Below, piece after piece: positions 26,402 through 38,911 of a DNA stretch of 64,000 nucleotides. How positions within the stretch are numbered: position 1 is the stretch's first letter; every line of letters starts with the position of its first letter. A program made the position numbers and the translations under genes. The DNA comes from Azolla caroliniana (lineage: Eukaryota; Plantae; Polypodiophyta), in NCBI GenBank assembly GCA_043228905.1, contig JBHGNT010000007.1, forward strand, positions 19,592,001-19,656,000, written 5' to 3'. The notes beneath the pieces were generated by a model. The model ran no database searches and was not told where the DNA came from. It worked only from the letters and a program-made list of their open reading frames with translations.

Positions 26402-27187
26402 TGTAAGGAATACGGTTTCCTAAGCTATGCTCGGCCACAACTGAGACGTCAAATCAAGCACAGAAAATAGGGATGTGGTGAGATGTATCTACACACGAAA
26501 CAGTAAAGAAGAAAGTGCACATGATGTTAACGTGGAAAACCCAAATCTGGGAAAAACCATGACAACCCTCAAACTGCAAAATATCACTATATCAAGATTA
26601 CAACAATGGGGCACAAAGGCAACGACCTCTTGCTCCCTCACTTCGCCACCAAGCGGTTACAACAGAGGCAACAACCTCTTCCTCTCTCTCTCTCGCTCTT
26701 CTCTGTACACACAGTTACGCTCTGAATTATCGCAACAACGATAATAATACAACCAGCTCTACATCATATTATTAAGTTTGCCCTAGGTCATATTTATACT
26801 AATATGACTTTCGGGCTATTTACAAAATATAGCCCTAGTGGGCTCTCTGGAACATATTTACATATATGTCCCTTCCATTCGATGACAGGTTCTCACCGGG
26901 CCTGCAACATCCGGTTCTCACCGGGTCTTCCATTGCCAGGTACTCCACATCTGGTTCTCACCGGGTCTTCCATTGTCGGGTACTCCACATTTGGTTCTCA
27001 CCGGGTCTTCCGTTGCCGGGTACTCCACATCCGGTTCTCACCGGGTCTTCCGTTGCCAGGAACTCCACATCCGATTCTCACCGGGTCTTCCGTTGCCGAG
27101 TACTCCACATCCGGATTCGGCCTCGGCCGAGTTGCTCATCAACACTATTCTTCTCACTTCCCATCCGGAGGGACCTGTTTCCTAACA
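26402..27187. mobile_element. Solo LTR (786 bp) with 5-bp TSD CTTAA
   Basis: Ends TGTAAGGAA...TTCCTAACA (imperfect inverted termini), flanked by CTTAA at 26397-26401 and 27188-27192. Contains AACGTGGAAAACCC...GGGAAAAACCA, shared with 63768-64000. Confidence 0.88.
26888..27118. repeat. 40-bp tandem repeat (~6 copies) inside the solo LTR
   Basis: Unit ggttctcaccgggtcttccgttgccgggtactccacatcc. Confidence 0.92.
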
Positions 27188-27278
27188 CTTAACACACATT
27201 GCGGGTCTTCTATTGTCTTCATCATCTTCGACCTCTTCAATCGGGTGAGTTCCGGTTGTCTCTCTTATTCATGGAAAA

Positions 27279-29960
27279 TTGTTTTTATCCCGGATCGATA
27301 TCACCTCAAGAATAATGGATATAAACATGAATTCCTCACCAATTGTGGGGGATATCGATATGGAAACAATTGATTTGAAAAAGAGTAATGTGATGGTTGA
27401 ATGTAATCGTGACAGGGAAGAGATTGGAAGCGCTAAGAGGTTTAAGGGTTTTGAAGAAATTAATGAGAAAAAATTGACATATGCCGAAGTAATACATGTA
27501 GATGAGGTTGACAAGGATCATTGTAATTGGCTTAATTTATGGGGAATTGCCAATACCTTGTTGTCTGATATTGTGGAAGAAAATGAAAATGAAGCGAAAG
27601 AATGCATTGATGAGGATGTGCATGATGTGGAAGTTGATGCTAAGGTAGTGTTGCAATCTTTATGTATTCTATGATCATGCGGTTATATTATTTTTTACCG
27701 GGAAACTCCCATACATTAATTGGATTAAACAATGGTTGAACACAATCGTGTCACCAAATTGTGTTGAAAATATATGCAAGACCACGAGGGTTTTATGATG
27801 TAGTGTTTCGTTCACCGGAACATCGAATTGCATTGTTTGCTAAATTTCCTGTGTTTTTTTATAAACGATTGGTGCATGTAATGCAATGGTCCCCCGTTGT
27901 GGACTATCATGCTTTGTTAAAACAAGAATGCCATGTTTGGGTAACAATGGATTGTAAGCATGCTTTTTTATGGCCACTTTTACCAGAGTTGATGAGTCAA
28001 ATGGGTAAAGTGTTGGTATCTCCACATGCAAATGGTACAAATAAGTGCAGATTTTGTGTGTTATGGGATACAAACCGTAAGAGGCTAGGATGGATGCGTA
28101 TGAACACACTTGGTATGAAAATACATTGTTTTAAATTGAAGTGGGAGACATTTGTAGGTCATTGTTTTGGATGTGGTGAATGGGGTCCCTTTATGGAGGA
28201 ATGCCATCATAATCGTCCTTCAACTATAGAGGTTCCTAATAAAGGGAATGGTAAGGAAGGAGTTGGGAGTGATGTTGGTGCACGTCAGATATTGTGGTTG
28301 TTATGGATGAAGGAACATCATCTAGAGCAGGTTATAAAGAGGTTTCACTTCAATGTTTGGGTCCTAAGAATAAGGGAACTCAATCTATGGATATGGAAAA
28401 AAACATTTTGGTGGTTATAGATAAGGGGAAAAAAGGATTGGCATCATGTGATGATGTTGTTGAAAAGGATTGGCATCATGTTAAGGGCAAGTTAAAGGGG
28501 AAATCAATGAATATGCAACGTAATAGTTTTCCCACTACTCGTGAGACTACTTGGAAAGGAAATTCAGGAACTAGGGAGGGTCCTTGAAAAGTTCCTTGGC
28601 AAAGACAATTTAGGGATAAGGGATTATCCCTGCACCTTCAATTTGATTCATTGGGATAGGTTGTAAATTCATCGAATTCTCAAGGTTTTCGTCAAGCGGG
28701 AGAACCTAAACAAAAGATCTGATAGACAACCCTAAGGATGTGGTGCATGAAAATCCATATGCAACATTGGAGCATGCTTGGACTAGTTTCATGACATCGG
28801 TTGCTCTAAAGGAGCAAGTGCACCCATAACATTGTTGATTGAATGAAAGTGGTAACATGGAATGTGAGAGTGGCATGTTCTCCTCATAAGAAGTATACAT
28901 TATGGGAAACTTTGTTAAGTAAAGAATGGGATGTATTATGTGCAGTTGAGCATAAGTGTCATGAGTTAGCAGGATCCATAGTTCATTTACATGGATATTC
29001 GTCATTCTATGCAAGACATCTTGATAATCATTATTCAGGTGTGGTATTAATCATGCGGGATAAATATTATCCTCAAGTGGTGCATAATGATCCTTATGGT
29101 TGGTTTTTGGTTCTAGAAATCACTTTTTTTGGCGAGGTTATGTGGGTGGTTGGGATTTATGCCCCTAACCAAGCCACTCAACGTATTGCATTATGGGGCT
29201 CACTCCTTCAAACCCTATGTGTGGGTTGTCCCGGATTACTTATGGGCGATTTTAACATGTGTGTTGATGCATCTCAATCTACGTCTGAAAATTCAATCAT
29301 GGATGATCCTGAGCAACTTGCTTAGGATGCATTGGCTATGGAGGTTCTAAAGTTGGATGTTTGGACATGGTTCCATGGGAATGATCCCGGTTTTACTTTC
29401 CAATCCGCTCAACATAGACAAACATGGAGTCGGTTAGATAGAATGAATGTGATGCACAATGATTCTTTTTTACCGACATCACTTTGTATGAAAGTTCTAC
29501 AAGATGTAGTAACCTCAGATCACTTTCCTATTTGTTTGGAGGTTTGTAATCATGCAATTGACATGTATAAATCCTTAGTTGGAAACCCTGCATTACGCTT
29601 TAACTCTTCTCTTTTGCTTCAACCTCACTTTGATTCTCTCATGGAGCAAATTTTGGTACATGTGAAATTCTCTCATGGAGCAAATTTCTCTCACTTTGAT
29701 TCTCTCAATCTAATGTGGTACATGTGAAACAAGGGGATGAATGGATAGTGGATCCAACTACAATAATTAACATGTGTTCATTACTTTAAGAAGTTGATTG
29801 GCCCACAATTGTTAATGACAATGAGGTGAGTAGAGCACATCATGAGTTTTATGATGTGGTTGGATGTATTGTGCATGATCTCATTAGTCATGAATTGGAT
29901 GCAGATTTCACTGAGGATGAGGTGGACACATGTTTAAGGCATCTTCCTAGTGGTAAGAGT
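27279..29960 (+). mobile_element. L1/Tx1-type LINE remnant (ORF1 plus ORF2 endonuclease), interrupted by an LTR at 29961
   Basis: ORF1-like region with a degenerate zinc knuckle (CFGCGEWGPFMEEC). ORF2 starts MKVVTWNVR and has IYAP, GDFN, SRLDR and SDHFP endonuclease motifs. Multiple stops. Confidence 0.85.
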
Positions 29961-32900
29961 TGTCACAGATAGATCATAAGCTCAAGAGACAAGAAAGAAG
30001 ATAACCAAATGGATGAGTAGTATTAACTAAAAGACTCCATAACTGGTGTTGTTCACCTTGAATTCCTTCAAGGTGAACTTAAACATTTATACTACACGGC
30101 ATGCATACTTGTTGCACGCATGTGAATATACAATAGAGCATGTAGGTACACATGCATGTGCCAAGTGTAAATACTACAAGGGAGCAACTATGCACATAAT
30201 GGTAGCCAAAACTACAAGGACCAATTCTATACATAACTGTATACTAAATATGTTGGTTAACCCATAATACTTGATTATAATATGGTCATGTCAAGAGTTC
30301 GAATCTTGACATTATCCCCCCCCCCTCCTACGCCGCCTTCCCAAATCGGCCATCGGTTTGTGGGGATATCGGTGATGAAAATCTTGGACCATTGGGGCAT
30401 TTGTAAATTTTCCAATGGTTCCCACGTGGTGTCAGACATGGGGAACCCCTCCACAATACGAGGTATTGCAAGTGTCGACGCTGCCAATGTGAGTCAAGGA
30501 TTTGGTGGACCTTGTATCCCTCCCTTGTCGTCAATTGCACAGGTGGTGGTGGGGCCTGACGTCCTGGGAGTTGTGAAGCATAATGGGGTTCGAGGAGGGA
30601 GACATGAAAAACATTGTGAATCTGGAAGTGGGATGGAAGGGCGAGCCGGAAGGCGACATGATTGATGCACTCAATGATACAGAATGGTCCCAACTTTTTG
30701 TAATCAAGTTTCGCACATGGACGAGTAGTAAAGATGTGTCCGCGTAACAACTAGACCATGTCTCCAACGACAAAGTGTGGAGTGGTAGATCGATGGCGAT
30801 CAACCTAATTATTGTATCGTTCATTAGCGAGACTAAGCTCTAAGGATAAATCATGATGTAGCTCTTCTAAATCGCGTGCACGATCCTCCGCGGAAGGGTT
30901 CACGGAAGTGGTAGGAAGGGAAATGTTGAAGCGAGGATGTAAACCATAGTTTGCAAAGAAGGGAGTGATGCCAGTCGATGCATGGAGAGAATTATTGTAG
31001 GCGAATTCCGTGAGTGAAAGCAAGTTGACCCAATCATCTTGTTGGTAACTAACTAAGCACCGAAGATATTGCTCGAGGATTTGGTTGACGCGCTGTCGAG
31101 TTGTTACACGCGTGCGTGTAGAAGGGCGGGACCACGGGGGTCTTGGACGAGGGAAGAAGGGAAGCCGAGAAGACGATTCCAGACGCGTTCCGGAAGCAAC
31201 CGAACGAGAGAGAGAGAGAAGGAGAGGGAGAAAGAGAGGGAGTGCGCCCTTGATGCCGACTCACACACACACACACACACAGACCGCGCTGACCCAACTC
31301 ATGCCCTTATGTACAGGCAACACAGGGAAGGGAACACCAAAACACCCATACAAACGGAGACACGAGTATGCACAGACGGATACTAGTATGTATATTACAA
31401 AAGGGGAAGAATACATTCCCAGCTTCGAGCAGGACCATGGTAGGGTAGGTTACAACAACAGTCTGCTGCCAAGCCGCCGTCCGGGGAGCTCTCGGGCTCG
31501 TCACACAGAGCGGGGTCTTGCATAGGAGACCGAGCAGAAACAACCCTCAACGGTTGACCTCCCCTGCGAAGAAGAAGAAGAAGAAGAAGAAGAAGAAGAA
31601 GAAGAAGAAGAAGAAAAAAAAAAGTAATTATCCCTAAAACTAACGGTATACCCTCTAATGCAAAAATGGGCAACCCCTTTACAAGGGACCATCCCTTCAT
31701 TTTATAGAACAAGGAGAGGGATGCGTTACAATGTGGGATAAATCCCCATTTACATGGGATTCTTCGTCCCAACTTAACTCCTATTATTCACACAATTATA
31801 CGAGGGTGAGTGCACATGGTGCACCCCGCCGATGTAGCCAATATTTCCCGGTTTCCGCCTCTGGCCGAAATTCTTCACGACATCCGCCCCACCTAACCGC
31901 ATGTCCACCGGTACGTGCCAAATCTGGTGAAGGGTGAGAGATTTCGGCCAGTGAGAAACCGGTCTTCCGTAATCCGCATCCCAGCTCGCTGCCGGTTTGA
32001 ACTGTCGGCTTCGGTTCTTCCTTCGCGCTTACCTCCCTGTAGGCTTGTCCGACCCATTGATGGGTCCTTCGCCGCGATTCTCCGTGGTACGCGTACTTCC
32101 GCTGGCCCTTGTTCGGCCGTATGCATGCCCTGCTCTCCGCCGTATGCCCGATGTCCTCCGTTTGAGGAACGCCTGTAGTGGCCCGCGTTGCCTTCGTCCT
32201 CTCGCCGCCACCTTCCTTCTCCATGGTCTTACGTCGCCATGTCGGCTCGAACCGCCATGGTCTCCGAAACGGTGTGGAGGATCCTCCTCTGGCCTTCCAC
32301 GTGCTCCCTCCGAACTGCGCAACCCGTCTTCGCGCTCGCCTTTCCGCTACAGCCCCTCTGTGTGCCGCACACTCTCATCCGTAGTCACACTTCGATCCGG
32401 CCCGCGATGGCCACTTGCGAGACTCTTGTTCCGTCCCTGGTGTGCCTTTCCGGCCCGACAGACCTCCCCGTGTTTGCCCCTATCGGCTACTTCCGAAACC
32501 GTAACCGGCCGAAACCGTAACCGGCCGGCAAGGGTTTTTGGACTTCGTCCGCCCCGTCTTACCGACTCCCGATCCGCTATCTCGTGTCTCCGGGTCCCGT
32601 TCCCTGCCGCCACCGTCCTTCTCCCTAGGTCTCACGCCGACTCCCGTTAGCCGGTTGCGGGAGTCTCCGGATCGGTGTGAGGGTCCCATAGGACCGAACT
32701 CCGTTTCTCTGCTTGCCGAAATTCGGGTGTCTTCTGTCAGAGTCCTTCGCGACTCTCCTCGTGTCTTCCGCGTAGCCGGGCCCTGCCTTCATGTTGCCGG
32801 GTCCCGTTTCCCGCCTCCACCAACCTTCTCTCTCGGTCTCATGTTGGCATGTTGGCCGAACTGCCGGAGTCTCCGGTTCGGTGTGGGGATCCCGTAGGAC

Positions 32901-35503
32901 CGGACTTCCTTATGCACACTGACCTTGCCGGAAGATTTGAGATGGTTCGTAGCCGCCTCGCCGGTCTCATACCTCCTTGCCGTTCGCTTCCTGTTGTCCG
33001 ATAACGTTCACCTGCTGCCACCGATCTCTCCTATAGGACTCACACCGGCACTCGGGCCGACAGCCGGATCGGTGTGAGGATCTTCGTGGAACCTCCCCTT
33101 TTGGCTTCGGTTGCCCACCTTGCCGCCGCCACTATTCCTTACTCTAGATCTCACGCCTCCTCTTGTCGTTGGCTGCCGGAGTCTCTGGAACCGGTGTGTG
33201 TAAGGTCGCAGTTGCACCGCTCTACCTTCGCCATCCTCTTCTGTTGGTCACGTTCACTTGCCATCACCGATCTCTCCTATAGGACTCACGCCAGCATTCG
33301 GGCCGACAACCGGATCGGTGTGAGGATCTCTGTAGACCTTTGCCTTCGTCCCCTCGCCGCCACCGTCAGTATCTTGGTCTTACGTCGACCGCATCGCCGA
33401 CTGCCGAAGTCTCTAGAACTGGTGTGAAGGATCCTCCTTGGGCCTCCGATTTGTCTTCCTGACCCTGTCCCGAGTCTTCCCTTTCCGTATGCTGAGAGGG
33501 TGGCTCGCTCCACACCCTCTCCTGTAGTACCGTCGTACCGTGTTCCCGGCCTCTTCGTAGGCCTACTCTCTTCCTCCCTCCCGGAATGGTTTTCTGGAAG
33601 TCCGTTTCGCCCGGTTCTCGTCCGGGTCCGTCCTTCATTCTTTGGATTGCCGGGTCCCGTTCTCCTGTCGCCACCGATCTCTCCTATAGGACTCACGCTA
33701 GCACTCGGGCCGACAACCGGATTGGTGTAAGGATCTCCGTAGGACCGGCCTTCATTCTCCTCTTCATCCCCTGTACTTCTCCCAAACTCGTCGTTGCTCT
33801 CTTTCTTGCGTACCTGCCTCCATCTCCCATCTCCCTAGGTCTCACGTCGGCGCTCGTTGTCGGCTGCTTGAGTCTCCGCATAAGACGTGGTGCTTCCGTC
33901 CCGTAACAATTTGCGGATGCTCGTTCGGGGTACCGCTCCCAAGTACATTCGGTGAGAAGCATCTGGTCTGTGATCAACCAAGCCCCGCCTGGGCTTGGTT
34001 TTCCAATGTCCGGAGTTTCGGCTCTGATGCCGACCTCTCCGGACTCGTTCTGAACCCTTGATCACTTCCCTTCCAATTCCTGACCTTCGCCCGGTCGGTC
34101 TTTCTCCCCATGTAAAAGAGGGCGGCTCGTCCCACACCCTCTTCCGTATCGGCACCTTCATGTCGAATCCGGCCCCGATCGAACGATCCACGATTGGATT
34201 ACGCTCCATCCGAATCGGAATGCCGATCTTCTCGTGCCGCTTTCGTCCTCAGCCTCCTCGCAGGCCGTTTCCCATCCTTCTTCGCTGGCATCGTGCCAGG
34301 ACTCCACGTCGGCGCCTTCCTTCTCTCCGGTCTCATTTTGGCACATGGGCACGACCGCCGGAGTCTCTGGAATCTGTGTGGAGGGCTCTTCTCCCCTCCT
34401 GAACTTGTCCTCTGTCCGCAATTCTCCGCAAGTCGAGAGGGCGTTTTGTTCTGCACCCTCTCCCATGGTACCATGGTACCGATCTTCCACCATCTCATGG
34501 GGCAAGACCGTCTCCCCGGTCTCAGCTTGAGGCCTTGATCTTTCCTCTTCCTCAAGCATCGCCTCTAGAGCTGCGTACGCCTCCGCAATCCTGGCCTCAA
34601 CGCCGACCCTTGCCAACTCCCTTTGCTGTTCGGCCTCTTCTCGCTGTGATGGCACACCGTCGCGCGCCTTCCTCTTAGCCTTTTCGGCTCGCTCATCGTC
34701 TAGCCGTTGACACACTCTTCCGACCTTCAACCAGTCCTCTGTAAGCCCATTCGCTCCGTCATCGTCTTCGAGCTCCATCCCGATGGCCTCTCATTCCGCT
34801 TGGTCGATCAACCTGACGAACAATAGGACTTTGCCCGCCCCCACCAAACCTTGTTCCCGCTTCGGGAGCCGAGCAAGCTGTCGCTCGAACTCTCGGAACG
34901 CCTTCGTCGCGCCCCGGTGGGTCTTTGCCGATGCGACCCACTGGTCGAAGTCGTGTCGTCCCCGGCTCTTCCGCTGTCCTCCATATGCCTGCAGGAGCGC
35001 CTCCTCAAAGGCCTTCCACGAACTATGAGCTTGTCGGAGCTCCTTCACTTCCGCGTGCATACGGACGACGACAACCCAACTGAAGAACTCCATCCTTAAC
35101 GCTTCGTCCACGTCTCGCTCCTCCATCTCCGCGTTGTAGGCTTCCAAGTAAGATGGGACTTTGTCCCCGTTGAAACGGCCGACTCTTTCGACCACTCGCT
35201 CAACCGCTTGTTGCGCTGCTTCTCGCCTCATCACCACTTGTGCCGACTCCAACACCACTTCAGCCACCATCGCCGCAAGGTCATCATCTTCCGACTCCAT
35301 CCTCCCTTGCCGCCCTTCACGTCGGGTTCACCAAATATGTCGCGTTGTTACGGGCGTGCGTGTAGAAGGGCGGGACCACGGGGGTCTCGGACGATGGAAG
35401 AAGGGAAGTCGAGAAGACGATTCCGGACACGTTCCGGAAGCAACCGAACGAGAGAGAGAGAGAAGGAGAGGGAGAAAGAGAGGGAGTGCGCCCTTGACGC
35501 CGA

Positions 35504-35579
<76 letters not shown>

Positions 35580-36515
35580 GCGCCGATCCAACTCACGCCC
35601 TTATGTACAGGCAACGCAAGGAAGGGAACACCAAAACACCCACACAAACGGAGACACGAGTATGCACAAATGAATACTAGTATGTATATTACAAAAGGGG
35701 AAGAATACATTCTCGGCTTCGAGCCGGACCATGGTAGGGTAGGTTACAACAATAGTCTGCTGCCAAGCCGCCGTCCGGGGAGCTCTCGGGATCGTCACAC
35801 AGAGCGGGGTCTTGCATAGGAGACCGAGCAGAAACAACCCTCAACGGTCGACCTCCCCCGCGAAGAAGAAGAAGAAGAAGAAGAAGAAGAAGAAGAAGAA
35901 GAAGAAAAGTAACTAACCCTAAAACTAACGGTATACCCTCTAACGCAAAAATGGGCAACCCCTCTACAAGGGACCATCCCTTCATTTTATAGAACAAGGA
36001 GAGGGATGCGTTACAATGTGGGATAAATCCCCATTTACATGGGATTCTTCGTCCCAACTTAACTCCTATTATTCACACAATTATACGAGGGTGAGTGCAC
36101 ATGGTGCACCCTGCCGATGTAGCTAATATTTCCCAGTTTCCGCCTCGGGCCGAAATTCTTCACGATAGCGCTCCGTTAGCCCATCAATTTGGGGGTGATA
36201 CGTGGAGGACAACTTGACAGAGATGCCTAAAGTTTGTAGCAGGTGCTGCTAGATGTGAGAGACAAACTGGGGTCCACGATCAGAGATGACATCATTGGGG
36301 AGTCCATGCAAGCGTACCACAATGTTGAGTAGTAGATGCACAATTCCTTCTCCGGTAATGGTTTTGGAGCATGGAGTGAAGTGAGCCATCTTCGTAAATC
36401 AATCGACAACGACCAACACTGAGTCATAGTTATTGACCAAGGGTAGATAAGTTATCAGGTCCATAGAGATAGAGGCCCAGGGACGACGGGAGCATGGAAG
36501 CAACTAGAGTAAGCT
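29961..36515 (-). mobile_element. Chromovirus (Ty3/gypsy, Tcn1-like) 3' portion: integrase, chromodomain and LTR 29961-30311; split by the nested element 31094-36167
   Basis: LTR TGTCA...TGACA with an adjacent polypurine tract (30312-30330). Chromodomain YKVHQILDSH...QYLVLWRG...WEPLENL; KLDYKKLGPF; EFAYNNSLHASTGITPF. The integrase continues at 36172-36515. Confidence 0.88.
31094..36167 (-). mobile_element. Complete non-autonomous LTR retroelement (gag-only, LARD-like), LTRs 31094-31882 and 35338-36167, 4-bp TSD GCGC
   Basis: Two similar LTRs. GCGC at 31090-31093 and 36168-36171; removing the element restores the host integrase TERVNQ. PBS at 35316-35333 matches the 3' end of plant tRNA-Trp; PPT at 31883-31893. 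Gag-like ORF 34791..35300 (VGRFNGDKVPSYLEAY). No RT, RH or IN motifs inside. Confidence 0.92.
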
Positions 36516-38363
36516 GTTGTTATGTACACATAACGTTGGTGAGGGTAGGCCACCAATATTTACATTAGTGAAGAGTATGTTCACTAATGTTAAAAAGGGG
36601 ACTAATGATTGGATAGAAGGAATGTTAGGTGCATGCACTATCATTATTTGGACAACCAATGAATGGAGAGCCTTTTAGAAAGGCAAGGGGCCTAGGAAAA
36701 GGTAAAAATATGAGGCTTAGCTACCCTCATAATCACATTACGTCGGAAGGCTGCTAACTTAGACACCAGTGGTGCGGGCTAGGCTTTCGTCTTGACGATC
36801 GTGTTTATCTTTTCTAAGGTATTAGTCATCCTAATATCCGGTGGTATGGGACGTCGGGGGTAGGTTGGCTATGTCTAGATCATAGCTCGGGGGTTGTCGG
36901 GTGGAACGGGTTCTTCTATCCATTCTATTTTCCTTCTTTTACTTTAGTTTGGTCTATTGATTAGTAATAGAGCTTTTACTAACAATTTTTTTTGTTGTTT
37001 TGATGTTTTTTGCGTGAGAGCGATGGGGATCTAACAAGGCTCGTCATGCTCTTCACAAGATCAAAACAACATTCTTAACTCGGTATTCTTCTTTCTCGAT
37101 CTCTCTTATCTTTTCTATGATGCGTTCTTCTTGGTCGAATCAAATTTGTATTACGTTTTATTTTCTTTCTTTCTTCTTTCTCCCATGCTACGATTTTAAT
37201 TATTGTTGTGCATCGGGCCAAGCGTGTTCACACTAATCGCACATGCTCAACTCATGGCCACAATTACCCACCCACAATTAACTCTCTTTCTTGCCCTTAT
37301 TTTAAGTTCATCTACATTATTTACGTACGTTTAATGGTGTAACGATTCATGTAGACTATTTTTTAATATTGAGTGGGCATCATGCCATTTTTTGAATGAT
37401 TTTTTCCAACGGCTCATCTAGGTTTAACTCATATTATTGAGCCTTAGAACACAAGTGAAATCATATGAGTTCCCTATTGATGTTTTACTCATAAATTTGA
37501 GTACTACATCTTTGCGCACAATACCACCACCATTTGTATCAATTTGTGGCTTATGTCACAATTGTGCAAATTACAACCACCATATTTGGATGTATATGTG
37601 CATACCTCGCACCATCCATTTATTTGTGACAAATTTTTTAAAGTATGTAACGCATGGGTTTTTTTACCCTTGTTTTTGTCACTGCTTGATTCTTATGGGT
37701 AGTGCCTTATTTTATCGTTTTTGTCATAACATTTTCTTGTTACTCGCAAGACTAGAATATTACTTGCGAGTGCACTTGTTTTTTCACGTAGTACACTTTC
37801 TCGACCATATCAATACATGTTGGGTTAGCATTATAATATAAGGCTAACTAGGAAACTACGTTGATGTTAGAACCATGGTTGAGCCTCGGGGAGCCGCCAT
37901 GATTATTCAAGATAGAGATCCGAGAAAGACATCTTAACTATGTTTTCCCCCATGGTTTTTAAAACACCATAGTGTTACCATAGTTATCGGATCTCGAATC
38001 ACATCTCATATGTCTAGAGGGGTAAAGACTTGAGATGTTTTCTTGGTAAAGTTCTTACAATCAAAATTTCAAGCATTCATTTTGCTTGTGTATTTTCTGA
38101 ACCTCCTTATTTATATTGCATACCCACAACTTGCATCATGGAACAAGTTTTGAACGCTATTGGAGCAATCTCTCTGACCGAGACCTCTCAACTCCAATCT
38201 GCATCTCGCACACAAGTTGAGATCACTATTGAGCAATTGCTCACTACTACCTTGAATCAATTGGTCGAAATGAGGCAGGCCAATATGGCATTGGAAAAGA
38301 AATTCCAAGAATTGACTATTGAGTCCAAGAAAAAAGGTGAGCCTTCTTTCGTAGTAACGCCAT

Positions 38364-38889
38364 TGTCATGATAACACTCACATCATGCATCGAAAGGATC
38401 ATGACACTCACATTATGACTCGAAAGGATTTGAACCCACGACCTTGTTGTAACATGTCAAATCCTTAACCATTGTATTAATATTCTTATACGTATAGTCT
38501 CTAAAATATGAAATCTAATATCATAGGAATATTCTATATTACTCTACATTCTAGAATGACCTAGAATATTCTAGAGTGTTCTATACCAATAGAACCTCCT
38601 AGAATACTCTAGAGATCTTCTAGATTACTCTACATTCTAGGATAACCTAGAATATTCTAGAGTGTTCTCTATTACTTATAAATAGGGATCTACCACCCAT
38701 CCCAAACCTAAATTGGTTCAAACTGTCAAGACTGAGAGAGAGAAAGAGAGAGTAAAAGGGAACACCCAATAGTTCTAGGTCTCCCCTAGTTTGAACTCCA
38801 TAACCCGAAGATTGATTGGATGAAAAGAACAATTGAGGAGACCCGGGAAAAAAACACAAACACCGCATCCCTCTCCCCTACATGTGATA
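38364..38889 (+). mobile_element. Probable LTR sequence
   Basis: Starts TGTCATG, contains internal TTCTAGA-rich repeats and TTATAAATAGG, and sits between a gag-like ORF and pol. No TSD found. Confidence 0.45.
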
Positions 38890-38911
38890 ATAGCCCATCT
38901 CTTTACGAGAG

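Noticed and set aside
31796-34555. Many overlapping GC-rich ORFs as real genes
   Set aside because: They arise from high GC content and internal repeats of the non-autonomous LTR element. No recognisable domains, apart from a possible gag-linked acidic ORF at 34158..34778.
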